The notes beneath the pieces were generated by a model, which was not told the origin of the DNA, searched no databases, and saw nothing but the letters and a program-made list of their open reading frames with translations. DNA of 62,729 nt, counting the filler, from Callorhinchus milii (taxonomy: Eukaryota): assembly GCF_018977255.1 (NCBI RefSeq). It is 4 parts of 4 records of this genome, joined end to end, with 100 filler letters (N's around TTAATTAATTAA, not from the genome) between each part and the next. Parts side by side here need not be neighbours in the genome. Positions count along the whole stretch, not along the records: positions 1 to 19,365 come from NW_024704859.1; positions 19,466 to 41,929 come from NW_024705832.1; 2 more parts are not named here. The stretch is one strand, 5' to 3'. The position numbers and the translations under genes were made by a program. Below, piece by piece: positions 13,211-25,939 of the stretch; position 1 is the first letter of the stretch, and each line of letters begins with the position of its first letter.

Positions 13211-14382
13211 AGGCGGACGCGCTCTGGATGAATGCAACAAATAATGCTCATTCCATTTAATTGAATTACAATGACATTTTTGCAGGTTCCTCTCCTGCTT
13301 TACTAAAATAATACCGATTTTGTAATAGAAAGGATGCTATTGATAAAAATATTGATGATGGCGTAAAAGTGGAGAGGGACACAATCAGGAATAACGTGGG
13401 CAATTCTATAAAATTACAGATCCTTCAGCGGAGTTGGACGAACAGTGTAATTACAGTACAGTACTGAGAACCAGAAAATATTTCTGTTATAAGTGGAGAG
13501 TAGAAAACTTGACGTACAGGTCGATGGGAGCAAATATGAAAAGGTCATAAAATGGGCACTGTGTTTTTCCCATAAGCAATCGAATATCTATCAAATATAA
13601 AGTTAGCAGGATTTTGGGAGGAGTACAGGTGCAGTTCTGGGCATTTTATTGAACAAAATACATAAGAGCAGCTGAGAGGATTTTGGGCAGTTTCACATAT
13701 GGGCAGTAAAGATGATGGCCGTGATTGTCGTTAAAGTGATGAGGATCAGCTTCAAACATTTTGGTTGATCTAAAAAAACACAGAAGCTAAATCAGAAAGG
13801 GAAGATAAGCAAATTTTTCAAATTTATTAAACTTTGGAAAGACAGATACAGTGAAAGGCGATTGTATGCATACATGTGGAATAAAACATCCACGGAAATC
13901 ATTGTAAAATATAAAGGCAGAGTCGATTTTTATTTCGAGATCTTTTTAGAATAGAAGATTCTTCACCTCAGTATTATAATGTAACGGAATTTCAAACGAT
14001 ATTTGAATAGTGACGATGTGAACTTGCAATAGAACAAAGAGAAAGGTGGAATTGGAGGATAGGAGCAGATCTGTCCCTTTACTAATAGCAGAGTCTCAAT
14101 TGAAGCATTTCCTTCCTTCTGTATCTCCACAAATTTAACTTCCCCAAAGTGTTCCCCGAATGTCTCTGGATTCTATAATTGAGAGGAACAGACAATACAA
14201 TCATGTTTTGCTTTATTTCTATTCAAATTAAAAGTTTGGAAGAAAATACATGTGGTTCAGTGCAGTCTACAGAGGAATTAACTCGGAATCTCAATTAACA
14301 TTAATAATCTAACAGGAAAAATAAGACATGTCACAGCTTTCTATCCTCCCTGAAGATATTTCCCCTTTGTTTATCCTCACAG

Positions 14383-14984
14383 ATTTCCCAAACGAGATCA
14401 CGCTTGAAAGTTTTCAAGTTGTTCAATGTGACAACCTCTGGCCTACTGCTTCCACTTTCATCATCCTCTTCTTTTAAGCAAGAAAGCTTCTAAGCCTACA
14501 ACAATTGCAGACAGTTCTCCTGTTTTCAGTCTATTTCAAAATAAAAATTATTGGTCTTGGCTATGAAACCGGCTGCCACTGGATTTGGTCATGTTATTCC
14601 TTCTCTCCAAGCCCACTGCATCCATGTCTGCAGTCTCTCTTCCAAACCATGTCTGCAGTCTGTCTATGATTACAGTGGTGAGACATCACCTTGTTGACGA
14701 GTATCAACAAGATAATAATAATCCCTCCAAAAAAACCAAAAAACAATAATAAAAAAAAATTCGTCATTTTCAATCTACGACTGTTTGTGGGACATTGCTG
14801 TGCGCAATTGGCTGCCGCGTTCGCCCACAAATATACAGTCAATTCACTTTACAGTGTGTTCTGTGAAGCGCTTTGGGACGTCCTCCCGACGTGAAAAGCG
14901 CTATATCAAATGCAAGGATTATTATTATTATTATTATTATTATTCCTCAATATTTTCTACAGCGCCACTGTCACTCTAATGAAG
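14383..14984 (+). pseudogene. IGHM: IgM TM1 exon of cluster B, split by a ~470-bp insertion
   Basis: [30 protein letters not shown] then in-frame TAA at 14475-14477; the exon resumes at 14943 ([14 protein letters not shown]|gtaagg). Confidence 0.85.
14703..14942 (+). mobile_element. SINE 3' half inside TM1
   Basis: Close to the window consensus, long (TAT)n tail ending at 14942. Confidence 0.85.
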
Positions 14985-15423
14985 GTAAGGAGTGTAATTG
15001 CGTTGACGCTATGATGTGGTGTGACAGCTGCTGTTAAATATTTGTTCCATGGGAACCCTAATAGTCATGATCATGGCAACCACTCTGCTGGGAATCTCAA
15101 TGTATACCTACAGTCCAAGATCCCTGTGACCAGGATGTGTGTAGGGTGATCAAAATATCCGATCATACTTACACACCTATGGTACCTGAGATATGCTCAC
15201 CCGTTATAGAAAAAGGCAAAGGGCAAGGATTATTTAGCGACTTTGTGATCCCTGTGTGCATTGTGGACAGTATAAAGGCTTTATGCCTTTGTTAGTCCCC
15301 AGCATTCACACAAAATCAGTTGGACTCGTGTGTGTGTTTGTGTGTGTATCTGTGTGGATACATAGGAATAAAAAATGAACACAAGTTTAAATATCATTAT
15401 CCATTAAAGATTTTGCTTTCCAG

Positions 15424-15432
15424 ATAAAATGA
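15424..15432 (+). CDS. IGHM: IgM TM2 exon (IK*), cluster B; polyA signal at 15813-15818
   Basis: ttttgctttccag|ATA AAA TGA; homologous to VK* at 38971 and IN* at 51796. Confidence 0.7.
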   Translation: MK

Positions 15433-17360
15433 TTTTTTTAAGATCAGCTTCACCGATGTGTAGCATCCGTTGTGTTTAACAACTATGCCTCGTGACAGAT
15501 GATTTGATGTCAACTTTCACTCATCGTAGAAATCCGCACAAATTAAACTTTTTTATGCAACGATATGCATTTTAGAAGCCTTTCTTATTGTCAATTTGTG
15601 TTACAATGTGCCTGTGGTAATAATAAATACTAATTGTACCTTCACGCCTCTCTGATGTTCTTTGTTTGCTGATTACCGTTTCTGTGGTTTAGTGAAACAG
15701 AAAGCAGTGCCTATGGTGCTCTGTCCTTTGATTTTAATCTGTCGCTAATTTTTTGTACCTGTTTCGGTTTCATAATATATCCAGATTCTGTATATTTTTT
15801 GCCTCACGCATCAATAAAAATGTTAAAATTCATTGAGCTGTTTGATTTCTCTGTTTCCTGTTCCCTTTGTGTCAATTGTGCCTCACCGCTGCTTTCCAAA
15901 TTATTCAGATTCCCAGTAACTCAGCATTAAACAAAAGCTGTAAAATTAAACGTCTACCTTCAAGTTGCAGCTTTGCTGAGAACAAAAAAAGGCAACGATA
16001 TTTCCGCTTGAGTTGGTTCTTCTCTCCAATAACCAGCAGCTTTTTCTGTTCCACATTCATCAGCCCCTCAACCAAATACAGCTTCAGAAAGACGGCTATT
16101 CTAATAAAGTAACATGCAGCTCTGTGTTAGAGTATTTATAGCACCATGTATTAGCACATTCAGTTTTATACATTGACAGAGCTTTATCTCCTGCCTGTGC
16201 TGAGCTGGACATTCTGAGCCGGGCAGCACTTCAAAGGGAGACAATAAAGCCCAAATTCCTGCTGTGGGCAGTTGAGCTGCTACGTTGGCCTTGACTCGTC
16301 TTCACATGTCCTGTTGACTTGAGAGTGACGAAACCAAACACAATGGTTAATATCATTGTTATTGATAAGAACATAAACCTCACAGTCTGCAAGGTTTAGC
16401 ATTTTGGGCCGAATGGTTCTAAATTTGATCTGTCTCCTTTTAGCTTCTGAAGCGTGAATATATATATATATATGTGTGTGTGTGCAATATCCCCTTATGA
16501 TGATTCCTATTATGATTTGTCATTGAGCCTGGTCTCCGCTTTTGACATTTTTACAGTGGTCACTGACTTTCTCAGGGAGATCCCTCCATCAGCCTGAATT
16601 CGCAATCCGTGTGTCTCCAGCTTCTGAAGTGTTCGCTAGCTCCAGTACCAAGACAACCTCAGCCTGGCTTGAGTCTGATAACACATGATAGCGATATGTT
16701 GAACACAATTTTCCTGGAGAAGGAGGTATATTAAACATCTTGCAGGCAGAGCAGTTTTCCAAATGTAACCATTTTATTATTGTCACGATAATTTGTAGAA
16801 TACAATCTGGAAGACATAGAATTCAATAAAGGTGTGAGCACAACGAGGAGAAAATATTTGCCACCACTTGAAAGCAGTTACAAATGTGACAGTGCATTAT
16901 TGTTTTAACAGCTTTTCATTCACACTGCACACAGTACACTGACTTTCAGCTTTTCAATTCCGAGATGATTTTGCTGTAGTAACGAAATCTCCGTGTTTGA
17001 CATTTTACACTGTACAGTTCATGCTGAGGGATATGAACGTTCATTAAAAGTGGTCACTTGTTCGACACAAACAGTGAAGTTGGGAGAAGGTTTATCAGCA
17101 CACATAACACTTCCTCGTTCCGAGACAGAGGCTTTTGGACACAAACTGATGGCAGAACTTGAAACTAATGGAATATGCGTTTGTGAAGTACACTGCAATG
17201 CTGTGCTAGGGATGTGCTGTTTTGTTGGAGATTTGATGCTTCGGTCCTTCTGCCTTGTGAGTAAATCCTTGAAGCAGTTTTACGTGTCCTCTAGACGTAA
17301 AAGCTGCTTGCGATACCTAAGGTTTAATCAATACAAAATTGCATTTGTATAGCAGCTTTC

Positions 17361-18178
17361 AGTTCTGTAGCTCAATGGTTAGTGCACTCGCCTTCCAAAC
17401 GAGAACATGGGTTAAATTCCAGGCAGGACGAAACCTTGGGCAAGTTTCCGAATTCCACACGCCTAATAATAATCCCTCGAAAACAAAATAAAATAAATTG
17501 TTCATTTTCAATCCACGAATATTTGTGGAAATTGTGCGCAGTTGCTTGCCGCGTTTCGCCCACAACTTTACAGTCAATTAACTTTACAGCATACTACAAC
17601 AACAAAAAAATTTCATTCATTGAGCGCCTTTCACGTCGGGAGGACATCCCAAGACGCTGGACAGTTGGGTCAGGAGCCGAGCAGGGGGGAAATGGTCAGG
17701 GTGAGGGGAGGGAAGGGAGGGAGCGAGGATGGTGTAGAGAGTCGAGAGCGGAGCTGAAGGCTCGGTCAAAGAGAAATATCTTGAGACCGGCTTTGAAGGA
17801 GGAAAGGGAGGAGGCAAAACGAAGGCAGTGGGGGATAGAGTTCCGGAGCCTCGGGGCTGAGATGCTGAAGGCCCGACCACCGATGGTAGGACGGTTGGGG
17901 CGGGGGATATGGGGCAAAATGGAGCCAGAAGAACGGAGGGTACGGGTAGCTAAGAAGGGGGATAGTAGGTCGGAGAGATAGGAGGGAGTGAGGCTGTGAA
18001 TGGCCTTGTAGGTGAGGACGAGGATCTAGAATTCGAACATCTGGGGGATGGGAAGCCAGTGGAGGCGAGCGAGGATGGGAGTGATGTTCACATATTCACA
18101 AATTCTGTGAACCGCTTTGAGACATCTGGAAGATGTGAAAAGCGCTGTATCAAATGCAAGCATTATTATTATCATTAT
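17361..18178 (+). mobile_element. Full-length SINE interrupted by a nested L2 fragment
   Basis: tRNA-like A box (tagctcaatggt) and degraded B box; body stops at ~17595 and resumes at ~18095 with the tail. Confidence 0.75.
17597..18088 (-). mobile_element. L2 3' fragment nested in the SINE
   Basis: ITPILARLHWLPIPQ, RPTIGGRAFS; same 3' UTR as 7620-7800. Confidence 0.85.
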
Positions 18179-19365
18179 TGTTTCAAGTCGGTAAGCCGTC
18201 CCAATGCCCAATTATTACTGAAATTGTCTGTATTAAGCAGATAGAAAGACATATGTACATCTTTCATATTTTAATTTAATGATTGATTCCCCGTACAGAA
18301 ACTAATAATAATTAATTTGCCGGTTTATCTATTTCAATGTTTTGAAGTAAATGAACAGATCAAAAATTAAAATTGTCGCCATTTCACATTAACACACAAA
18401 ATCATTGTATGGAATTACATTTGGTCTGAACTTTCTGTGTCAATTTTGCCGCGGTTTTTTGAAAGAGTGTTTGCGTGTCTCCCACGTGAAACATTTCCGA
18501 GCTCTCTCCCATTATTCACTCAATTTTCTTTCATTTTTGCCAAGTTCAGCTCTGTTGTTTTGTTTTCTAGTTCTTTTTTATCTAGCTCTCCAGCCTCTGC
18601 CGCCAAATCTATCAAACAACCGTGAACCATTAGTGCAGAAATGTAGTGTTAAGCTGTCTTAGTTTATATTGCTATATGAAAGCAGAGCATTTACTTTATC
18701 CTGAGTTCAGTACTTTTAACGTCCCCAGTTTTTATCGGCTTCTAATCTGAACTGATCTAATGTAACAGCTCTGTTGGAACATAACAGTTGCTTTATGATA
18801 GAAGACCAGGGCTCATCCGGTTCACCTTCCAAAAACCTTCACAGTGACTTTCACCTGTCATGTCCTCAAATATTTACTGTCTCCCAAGATATTATTTCCT
18901 GAAACAAATCTATCCCATTTGCTTATGAAACAATCTGCACTTTCTGCTTTCATCGTCTCCCGAGGAAGCCTGCATTCTGCTCGCTCACTGAAATAGTGTT
19001 TCCAAAGGTTTGTTTTGAAGTTCATTTGCAGGCAATGTTCTCTGTTTTGCACAGCACACAATACGCCTCCTACCATTACCATTACTGAGAATGAGCCCTA
19101 CAGGGAAGGAATCTCAAATCACTCACGTTTTACAGTTTTGTGTGATTTTTTGCGAATCAAGAAGTTGGAAACTGTTAAACTGCCATATATTTAAAGTCAG
19201 TCTTCGATAAGATCCTTGTATCAAGTACAGCTAACTGGCGGCAGAATTTCTACTGATATCAAATATTTGCCAGGTACAGCAAATTTCAAAATGTTACATA
19301 AATAAAGTAAATCTCACCCATGGTGTAATTCGGCCCATGAACCCTTTCCATATCAAGGTGATTTA

Positions 19366-19465
19366 NNNNNNNNNNNNNNNNNNNNNNNNNNNNNNNNNNN
19401 NNNNNNNNNTTAATTAATTAANNNNNNNNNNNNNNNNNNNNNNNNNNNNNNNNNNNNNNNNNNNN
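19366..19465. other. Assembly gap with artificial TTAATTAATTAA linker
   Basis: N44 + TTAATTAATTAA (stops in all six frames) + N44, identical format at all three gaps. Confidence 0.95.
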
Positions 19466-19872
19466 CAATGTCTGCACAACACTGGCTGCCAAAATTCACT
19501 GAAATGGCCTATTCCCCTGTGACATGACATCGAGTCTATCTAATACTTTCTTCATAGCCACAGAAACAGAAAACAAATCTCTCCAACAGCTCAGTTTGTA
19601 ACAAGAGGATATCTGTGAACCGTCACATCGCCAGTCTCCAATCGCAGTCCTTCCCGCCTCAAACAGCACAGTGTCACTTACCAACTGAAATCCCAGAATA
19701 TTACAGCACCAATAAGCAGATCATTCGCCCATCAAACCACGACTCACTGTGTAGGTTTAACATGAGAAGAAATCCATTTGAAGCTTTTCCTTTAATCTTC
19801 GCTCCAGACACAGCATTGACACCATGACTGTCAGGCAGTTTAGGGTGGGAGGGGCCGCCTTTCCTCCCCTTG

Positions 19873-19911
19873 TGTATTTGTAGGAGTTCAGCCCCGTTTC
19901 CTCTCACTGTG
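19873..19911 (-). other. V(D)J recombination signal, 23-bp spacer, 3' of VH-C
   Basis: CACAGTG + agaggaaacggggctgaactcct (23) + ACAAATACA. Confidence 0.9.
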
Positions 19912-20223
19912 ACCCTCTCGCACAGTAATAGATGGCGGTGTCGTCCACTCTCGGGCTTTTGATGATCAAATCGAAGATGTTATTGGAATTCTCTTTGATG
20001 ACAGTGACACGGTCTTCAATCCCAGGCGCGAAAGCATTGTAGGAACTAGTTGGGCTGTAATAATGGAGGAGCCATTCCAGCCCCTTCCCGGGAACCTGCC
20101 GGACCCAGCTCATGCTGTAGCTGCCGAGATTAAACCCACTGGTTTTACAGGTCAGTCTCAGGGGATGGCCAGGTTTCCCGGTTAGAGACGGCGGCTGTGT
20201 CAGCACCACCTCGGCCTGGACAC
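19912..20223 (-). CDS. IGHV: Conventional VH exon (cluster C), unrearranged, open frame
   Basis: [49 protein letters not shown]...DTAIYYCAR; both Cys, W36 and the V37/G44/L45/W47 light-chain interface are intact; ttctttacag acceptor. Confidence 0.92.
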
Positions 20224-20339
20224 CTGTAAAGAATAAATGACCGAAGATTAATGACTGTGAAACCTCCCGTCTCTGTGACATTGCAGAGAGAATAAGACCG
20301 ACACAGGAAGAGTGAGACTGTCAGAATAATAGCACTCAC

Positions 20340-20385
20340 GGGAGAAGACAGCCAGCAGCAGACTGAGAGAAATCAGGGACCTCAT
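20340..20385 (-). CDS. IGHV: VH leader exon (MRSLISLSLLLAVFS, phase 1)
   Basis: ATG at 20385, 46 nt, C|gtgagt donor, 116-bp intron; joins in frame to [10 protein letters not shown]. Confidence 0.88.
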
Positions 20386-20475
20386 GTTTCTGGGCACTTG
20401 TCAGAACTGAGACTGGAGCCGAATAACCGAGGGCCAAAGAGCTGCCGGACAGATGGCCTCAGTCCCCAGTGACCG

Positions 20476-20550
20476 CTATATAACGGGGCAGTGGGGCAGG
20501 GGGTGGAGAACCCACCAATAGCTGCAGGACTGAGGGGAGTCACGTGTCAC
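20476..20550 (-). promoter_or_regulatory. Probable VH promoter: TATA-like, CCAAT, E-box/CRE-like element
   Basis: TTATATAG at 20483-20476 (~90 bp upstream of ATG), CCAAT 20515-20519, gtgacacgtgac around CACGTG 20541-20546; no ATGCAAAT octamer nearby. Confidence 0.55.
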
Positions 20551-23520
20551 ATTCCCTCTGACCTGCACACAGCAATAACTGTACCTTTACATTCTGCCTT
20601 TACAGCAAATTAATATTAATATAAGTCTCAATAGTATTAGCCCTCGCGCTGACCCTGAAGCATCGCAAATTCCTTCCTTCAATGTTTCTGAGTGTGTGTG
20701 TGTTTGCAGTGTGTGTGGAGGAGGCGGGAAATTCAAAACAAATCTGCGTTCACACTTATTTCAGTGAGCGACTGTAAAGGGGGGAGAGATGATGAAGCTG
20801 AAAGTATCGATTCTTGTAAAAAAATTAATAAGTTAGGTTACTTTTTGGAAATAATATTGTGCAATACAACATATTGTTTAGACACGACATGACCATGCGA
20901 CTGCCAGGGTGGTGGAAGGCGAACCAGGTGGACCTTGGTTTCTTTTCGTCCTGCAATTCTGATGTTCTTACTTTCATATATTTATAATTATTATTATAAT
21001 AATCCTTGCATTTGACATAACAACTTATCATGTCATTGAAACATCTCAAGCCACTTTACAGAATACATTATAATGTGTAGTAACCGTGTATTTTTGGGGT
21101 CAAAAAATAATATTGTGCCTTAGTTAAAACATTCATTATTTTCTATGGTTTTGCAATGTTCTGATCTAATGTAAATAATTGTCCCGATTCTTGTCTTCCA
21201 ATCCTGATTCCATGTCCCACGTGGGCATCAAGATAGAATAGTAATAATCCTTGTATTTGATAGAGCACCTGTTCACATCTTCAAGACGTCTCAAAACATT
21301 TCACAGAATATATGGCTCATGATTTCAAACCAGGCATGAAATGTCCTCTTACGGTGAGAAGCCAGAGAGCGAGTGCTGCTGGTGGAATGGGAGCCCAGTG
21401 TAATGTCAGAGCAATCACACTCTTTCAGGACAAGAGGTGAAGAAAACTGGAAAGAAATAAAACAAAGCTTCGATCAGAAATGGTTTCAGTGCCACTTTGC
21501 CACAGCTCCAGTATCGCGGCAGCTTTCAGTAACTGCGAGGGAGAGTGTAACAGGGATTCTCATCAGACACCGTGTGTTGTGCTCCCGGACTCTGCTGATG
21601 CTCCAATTATCTCCGGGATTATTGCTGGTAAAACAACTAAACATCCTTTACCTTATACAATTACTGTCATAGGATATTCCAAGCCGCCTGACCCGGGAGA
21701 GTGGACTTGGATTAATGTCTGGGAATATCAGTCAGTGTTGTGATCTCAGAGTCCCAACATGAACACACCACCTGGTCTGGGAGTAAATCTCTGTGTTTGT
21801 GCTTTGTTGTTTGAGGAGTTTGCACCTTTCTGGTGTGTAATTCTCTGTGGCCCATTGCACAGTCACACAAGTAACGTTGATCAGTAGGAAAGTCCCAGCA
21901 TTAGATCTGATCAAAGCGCACAGGCTGTAGGGTATAACATTCACTGACTCCGATATTCTGATCAATACAATCAGAAACCAACAGATAATTCCCAGTGAAA
22001 AGCTTCTGTTTGACATTGAAATCCTGAACTGAAACAATCGGCTCAGTGAGACGTGAGGAGCCACTGATTCCTGAATTCTCCTTTGGGCACTGGATCTGGA
22101 ACCTGTACAAGGTCTACAAGTGCTGCGATCTTACAGCAAACCTGTCAGAGCACAACATAAATCTCAAACATCGGGAAATAATCATTGTAACGGCTGAAAA
22201 ACAGCAGAACACAGAACAGCTCCGTTTGTGGCCACTTCACAAAATACTTTGGCTTTGATAGAATGTGAAGTAAAATATAATAAAGTTATCTTTTTAAAAT
22301 CAATTTATCAATGATTGTTATTCCAGACACATTTTCATGAAAAGAACAAGGTGTTTATTTGCTGAATTTGAGGACAATCTTGGTGATCAGTCTCTCGGTG
22401 ATGTGTAGGGAAGAAGTGCCATATTTGACATATTTTGAAAACGGCCAAATAAGGTAATCAGTATACTCAGTATATAATAGTGTTTCCTGTTACATTTAGG
22501 GAAAGGCCAAGGCCGCTGGAGCCGCAATGGCTTCTGTGGCAATTCTCTCTCAGTCCATTTCTCAGCTTTGTCTCCATGTACCTTCATGTCCTGACTTATT
22601 AAATATCAGTTCTTCCCTCTTCCCAACGGCCCAAATAACTGTGTCTATGGCCTCATTAGGCTGTTCATTCCTCATGTTCACACAGTCTCAATGTGAAAAC
22701 CGCACCAAGTGTTGGAGTACCTGAACAGTGGACAGTTAATATTGTGCAGTGCATCGCTGGTGTAATGTGGCACAGATATACAGCCTAATCACCCAGAGAA
22801 TAATATGCAGTGCCTCTTACACTCAGCTTGTGATATCACTTCTTATTGCCCGGTTGCCTTTGTCAACACATTTTCTGCATCGTTTGTAGTATTCTTACAT
22901 ACACAATAATTAAGAGGCGCTGACTTTACTCAGCAAACAATAGAAATGATGGAGAGTTCTCTGTCTTTATATTTCTATATTGTTTGGGGTTTATTTTTGT
23001 TATTTGCTATTCAAGACTTCGAGTTTACAGGAAACGATTGTATGTGGATGTGATGGAATAGTTCATGTTGCAGAACAGCTCATGAGCAAAATGCTAAACA
23101 AGTTACTGCTTTTTATATCTAAAGTCTTCTTTCTTGAAAGACGCTTCACACAGAATGATTCACGTCGCCTTCAAGGGGGGTAGAAACTCAGAGCACAACT
23201 GTCAGGAAGCAGCTGTGATTGTGTGCAGTCAGTCAGTGAGCAGCTTCCTGCTCTCACACCGTGGGGCCCACAGCCGGACCTTTCATACATTATTCCCCTT
23301 CACACCAACAGCAACAACAGCTGTTGGGTCACCTCAAGTGGCTGTGATTGGTAAATCAGAGATGGCAGAATATAGTATATTAATACATAAAATTTGTTTT
23401 ATTTGGCAGTTTCTTTCATATCTGGAGAACATTTCTAAACACTTTGGATACTTTGCTTCGAATTCTAGTGAAGTCTGCGTCAAGTAACTTCTTTCAAGCA
23501 CTTACCTCAGTTCCTTCTGC

Positions 23521-23834
23521 GATTAATCCTTGCATTTGATGTAGCGCTTTTCACGTCGGGAGGACGTCCCAAAGCGCTTCACAAAACACACTGTAAAGTG
23601 AATTGACTGTATATTTGTGGGTGAACGCGGCAGCCAATTGCGCACAGCAATGTCCCACAAACAGTCGTAGATTGAAAATGACCAATTTATTATTATTTTT
23701 GGTTTGGAGGGATTATTATTAGGCTCTGTGTGGAGTAAGGAAACTTGCCCAAGGTTTCGCCCTCTGCCTGGAATTGAACTCAGGTCTCTCACTTGCAAAG
23801 CGAGTGGTCTAACCACTGAGCTACAGGACTCCAC
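23521..23834 (-). mobile_element. Full-length (~315 bp) tRNA-headed SINE, near consensus
   Basis: A box tagctcagtggt, B box gagttcaattcc, central body, 3' end resembling DeuSINE/L2-type tails. Confidence 0.85.
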
Positions 23835-24439
23835 GATTTCCTTCATCCACAGTGACCGGCTGCTCCATTTGCTCAGTGACAATTGCGTGTTTCACATCCC
23901 ACTGCTCTATCTGCCCCACCATTACCATTAAACTCTTTGGAACTCACAGGCCTTTCATGGCTTGTTTTCTACCTCATTGAATAACGAGCTGTACCCGTTG
24001 CAGCTTCACTTGCAACCAAACGATCCAATATGGAATGTAGATTCACCCACAGACAGACATTTCATCTTTATTACTTTTTGTGGGAGGACTCCAGTGGGAG
24101 GACACCATTTGGGAGGACTCAGTGTTATAAAAATGTAATGTTGTTGCTGTCACCGCAACTTAGCTTCGTCTGTGTTCTTTATTTTGTTCCTGCCGCTTGC
24201 CTATGCTAAGAATGCCACAGCGCCACGGTGTGGCCACCAGGTGTAACTGCAGTGTGTCCGTAATGCACAGTCCCACGGCGCCACTTTGACTCGGTGACCA
24301 CGAGGTGTAACTAGAGCAATCACACAAAACTGTAAATAAATCATGAATGATAAGAGATACACAAAAACAAATCTGCCCATGTCACTCCCAGGGGCAATAA
24401 CTTTCTGGTACGGTATAAATCATGAATCTATGTCAATCA

Positions 24440-24840
24440 GTTATTATAATCTTTGCATTTGATATAGCGCTTTTCACATTTTCTATACGTCTCAAAGCGC
24501 TCAGTAGATTATGCTGCAAAGTGAATTGACTAAATATTTGTGGGCGAAACGCAGCAGCCAATTCTGCACTTCAGTGTCCCACAAACAGTTGTGGATTGAA
24601 AATGACCAATTTATTATTGTTTTTGGAGGGATTATTATGATTAGGCGTGTTTATTATAGTCATGACAATTTCACCCCTTTTAGCAGGCTGGAGCAGAAAC
24701 CATCTCTGTCTTCTTGTTGGAAAGATGTCCCAGTGCGCTGGATAATCAGGATTAATAATAATCCTTGCATTTGATATAGCGGTTTTGGACTCGAGCTTCA
24801 CAGAACATACTGTAAAGTGAATTGACTGTATATTTGTGGG
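24440..24840 (-). mobile_element. Two degraded SINE fragments
   Basis: Reverse-complement core/tail at ~24440-24650 and ~24750-24840. Confidence 0.65.
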
Positions 24841-25430
24841 CAAATGCGGGAATTGGGGTCAAAAGGGAAGGAGGGCAGTGGGTGTGGCCTTGGAAGAGTG
24901 GTCAAAGGAATGATCGAAGAGGAAGGTCTTCAGACGTGTCTTGAAGGAGGCAAAAGAGGGGGTGTGTTTGAGGGAATGCGGGATAGAGTTCCAGACTGTG
25001 GGGCAGAGATGCTGAATGCCCAGTCACCAATGGTGAAGCAGGAATAAGGGGGACCTGAAGCAAACTGGTGTCCGCCGAGCGGAGGGAGCTACAGCCTGAT
25101 ATGGGGTTATGATGTTGGAGAGGTAGGGGGGGAGGAAGACCGTGGACAACCTTGAAGGTGAGAACTTGGGTTTTGTACTTGGTTGTCCAAGAACGGGGAT
25201 TCAGTGAATCCGGGCAACAATGGGTGTGATAAGTTCCCGGAGCCTGGAGCGGGAGAGAATAAGTTGCATTATTCCGGATAACCTGCATCTTGTGGAAGAA
25301 AGAGTTGGGAAGTCCAGAGAGCAGGCAGTTGGCGTAGTCAAACAGGTGCTCAATGAGATGACTCCATTCCCCCAGTAACTGGTCTGTCCTTCCAGGTCCG
25401 GCCGATGAGCTGTGCTGTGCTGTGAAAAGG
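24840..25430 (-). mobile_element. Old degraded L2 fragment
   Basis: Remnants LFDYANCLLSGLP, ITPIVARIH, LRSADTSLLQVP. Confidence 0.65.
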
Positions 25431-25939
25431 GAATTGGATATACAGACATGAAAAGGAAAATTCTGCACTGCTATGGGGACAGAGCCTAACAGTGTGACCA
25501 GTTGAATTGCTTCTTCAAAGAGCTCGATGGGCTGAATGGCCTCTTTCTGTGCTGTAAGTTTCTGTGGTTCTACTATATAATTAAATAGGTGTCTTCCCTC
25601 TTCCTTTAAAAAAACGTTCGCATCTATTTCAAACGTTTCACAATGAAGAATGAAGCAAAACATTTACTCAATTATTATGTGATCTCACAGCTTTATCTTT
25701 GTTTAATTGATGAAACTTGTGCTCCCGCCCTCTGTCACTGGTTGAATTTATAAAATAAGATGCATAAATATTATCTTCTGTAAAATCTAATTGTTTTCCA
25801 ATCAGGTGCTGAGTTTTTGCTTTACCTGCGTTTGCTGCTTTCTCCCATTCTCTCATCCTTTGCAGAATCATAGTAATTTTTGAGCAATATTGAGAGGAAA
25901 CAATTAATTTTATCAATGCTGACTTCATATGTCATGTCA

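Noticed and set aside
19410-19421. TTAATTAATTAA palindrome as a biological site
   Set aside because: Centred in three identical N-spacers; a six-frame-stop assembly linker.
21373-22110. Several 70-110 aa ORFs upstream of VH-C with protein-like stretches (e.g. APIISGIIAGKTT)
   Set aside because: No family recognised and no consistent splice frame; a BLASTx would be needed to revive it.
23760-23834. tRNA genes at SINE heads (also 17361, 33364, 34395, 46221, 57640)
   Set aside because: A/B boxes run straight into SINE body and tail; no complete cloverleaf.
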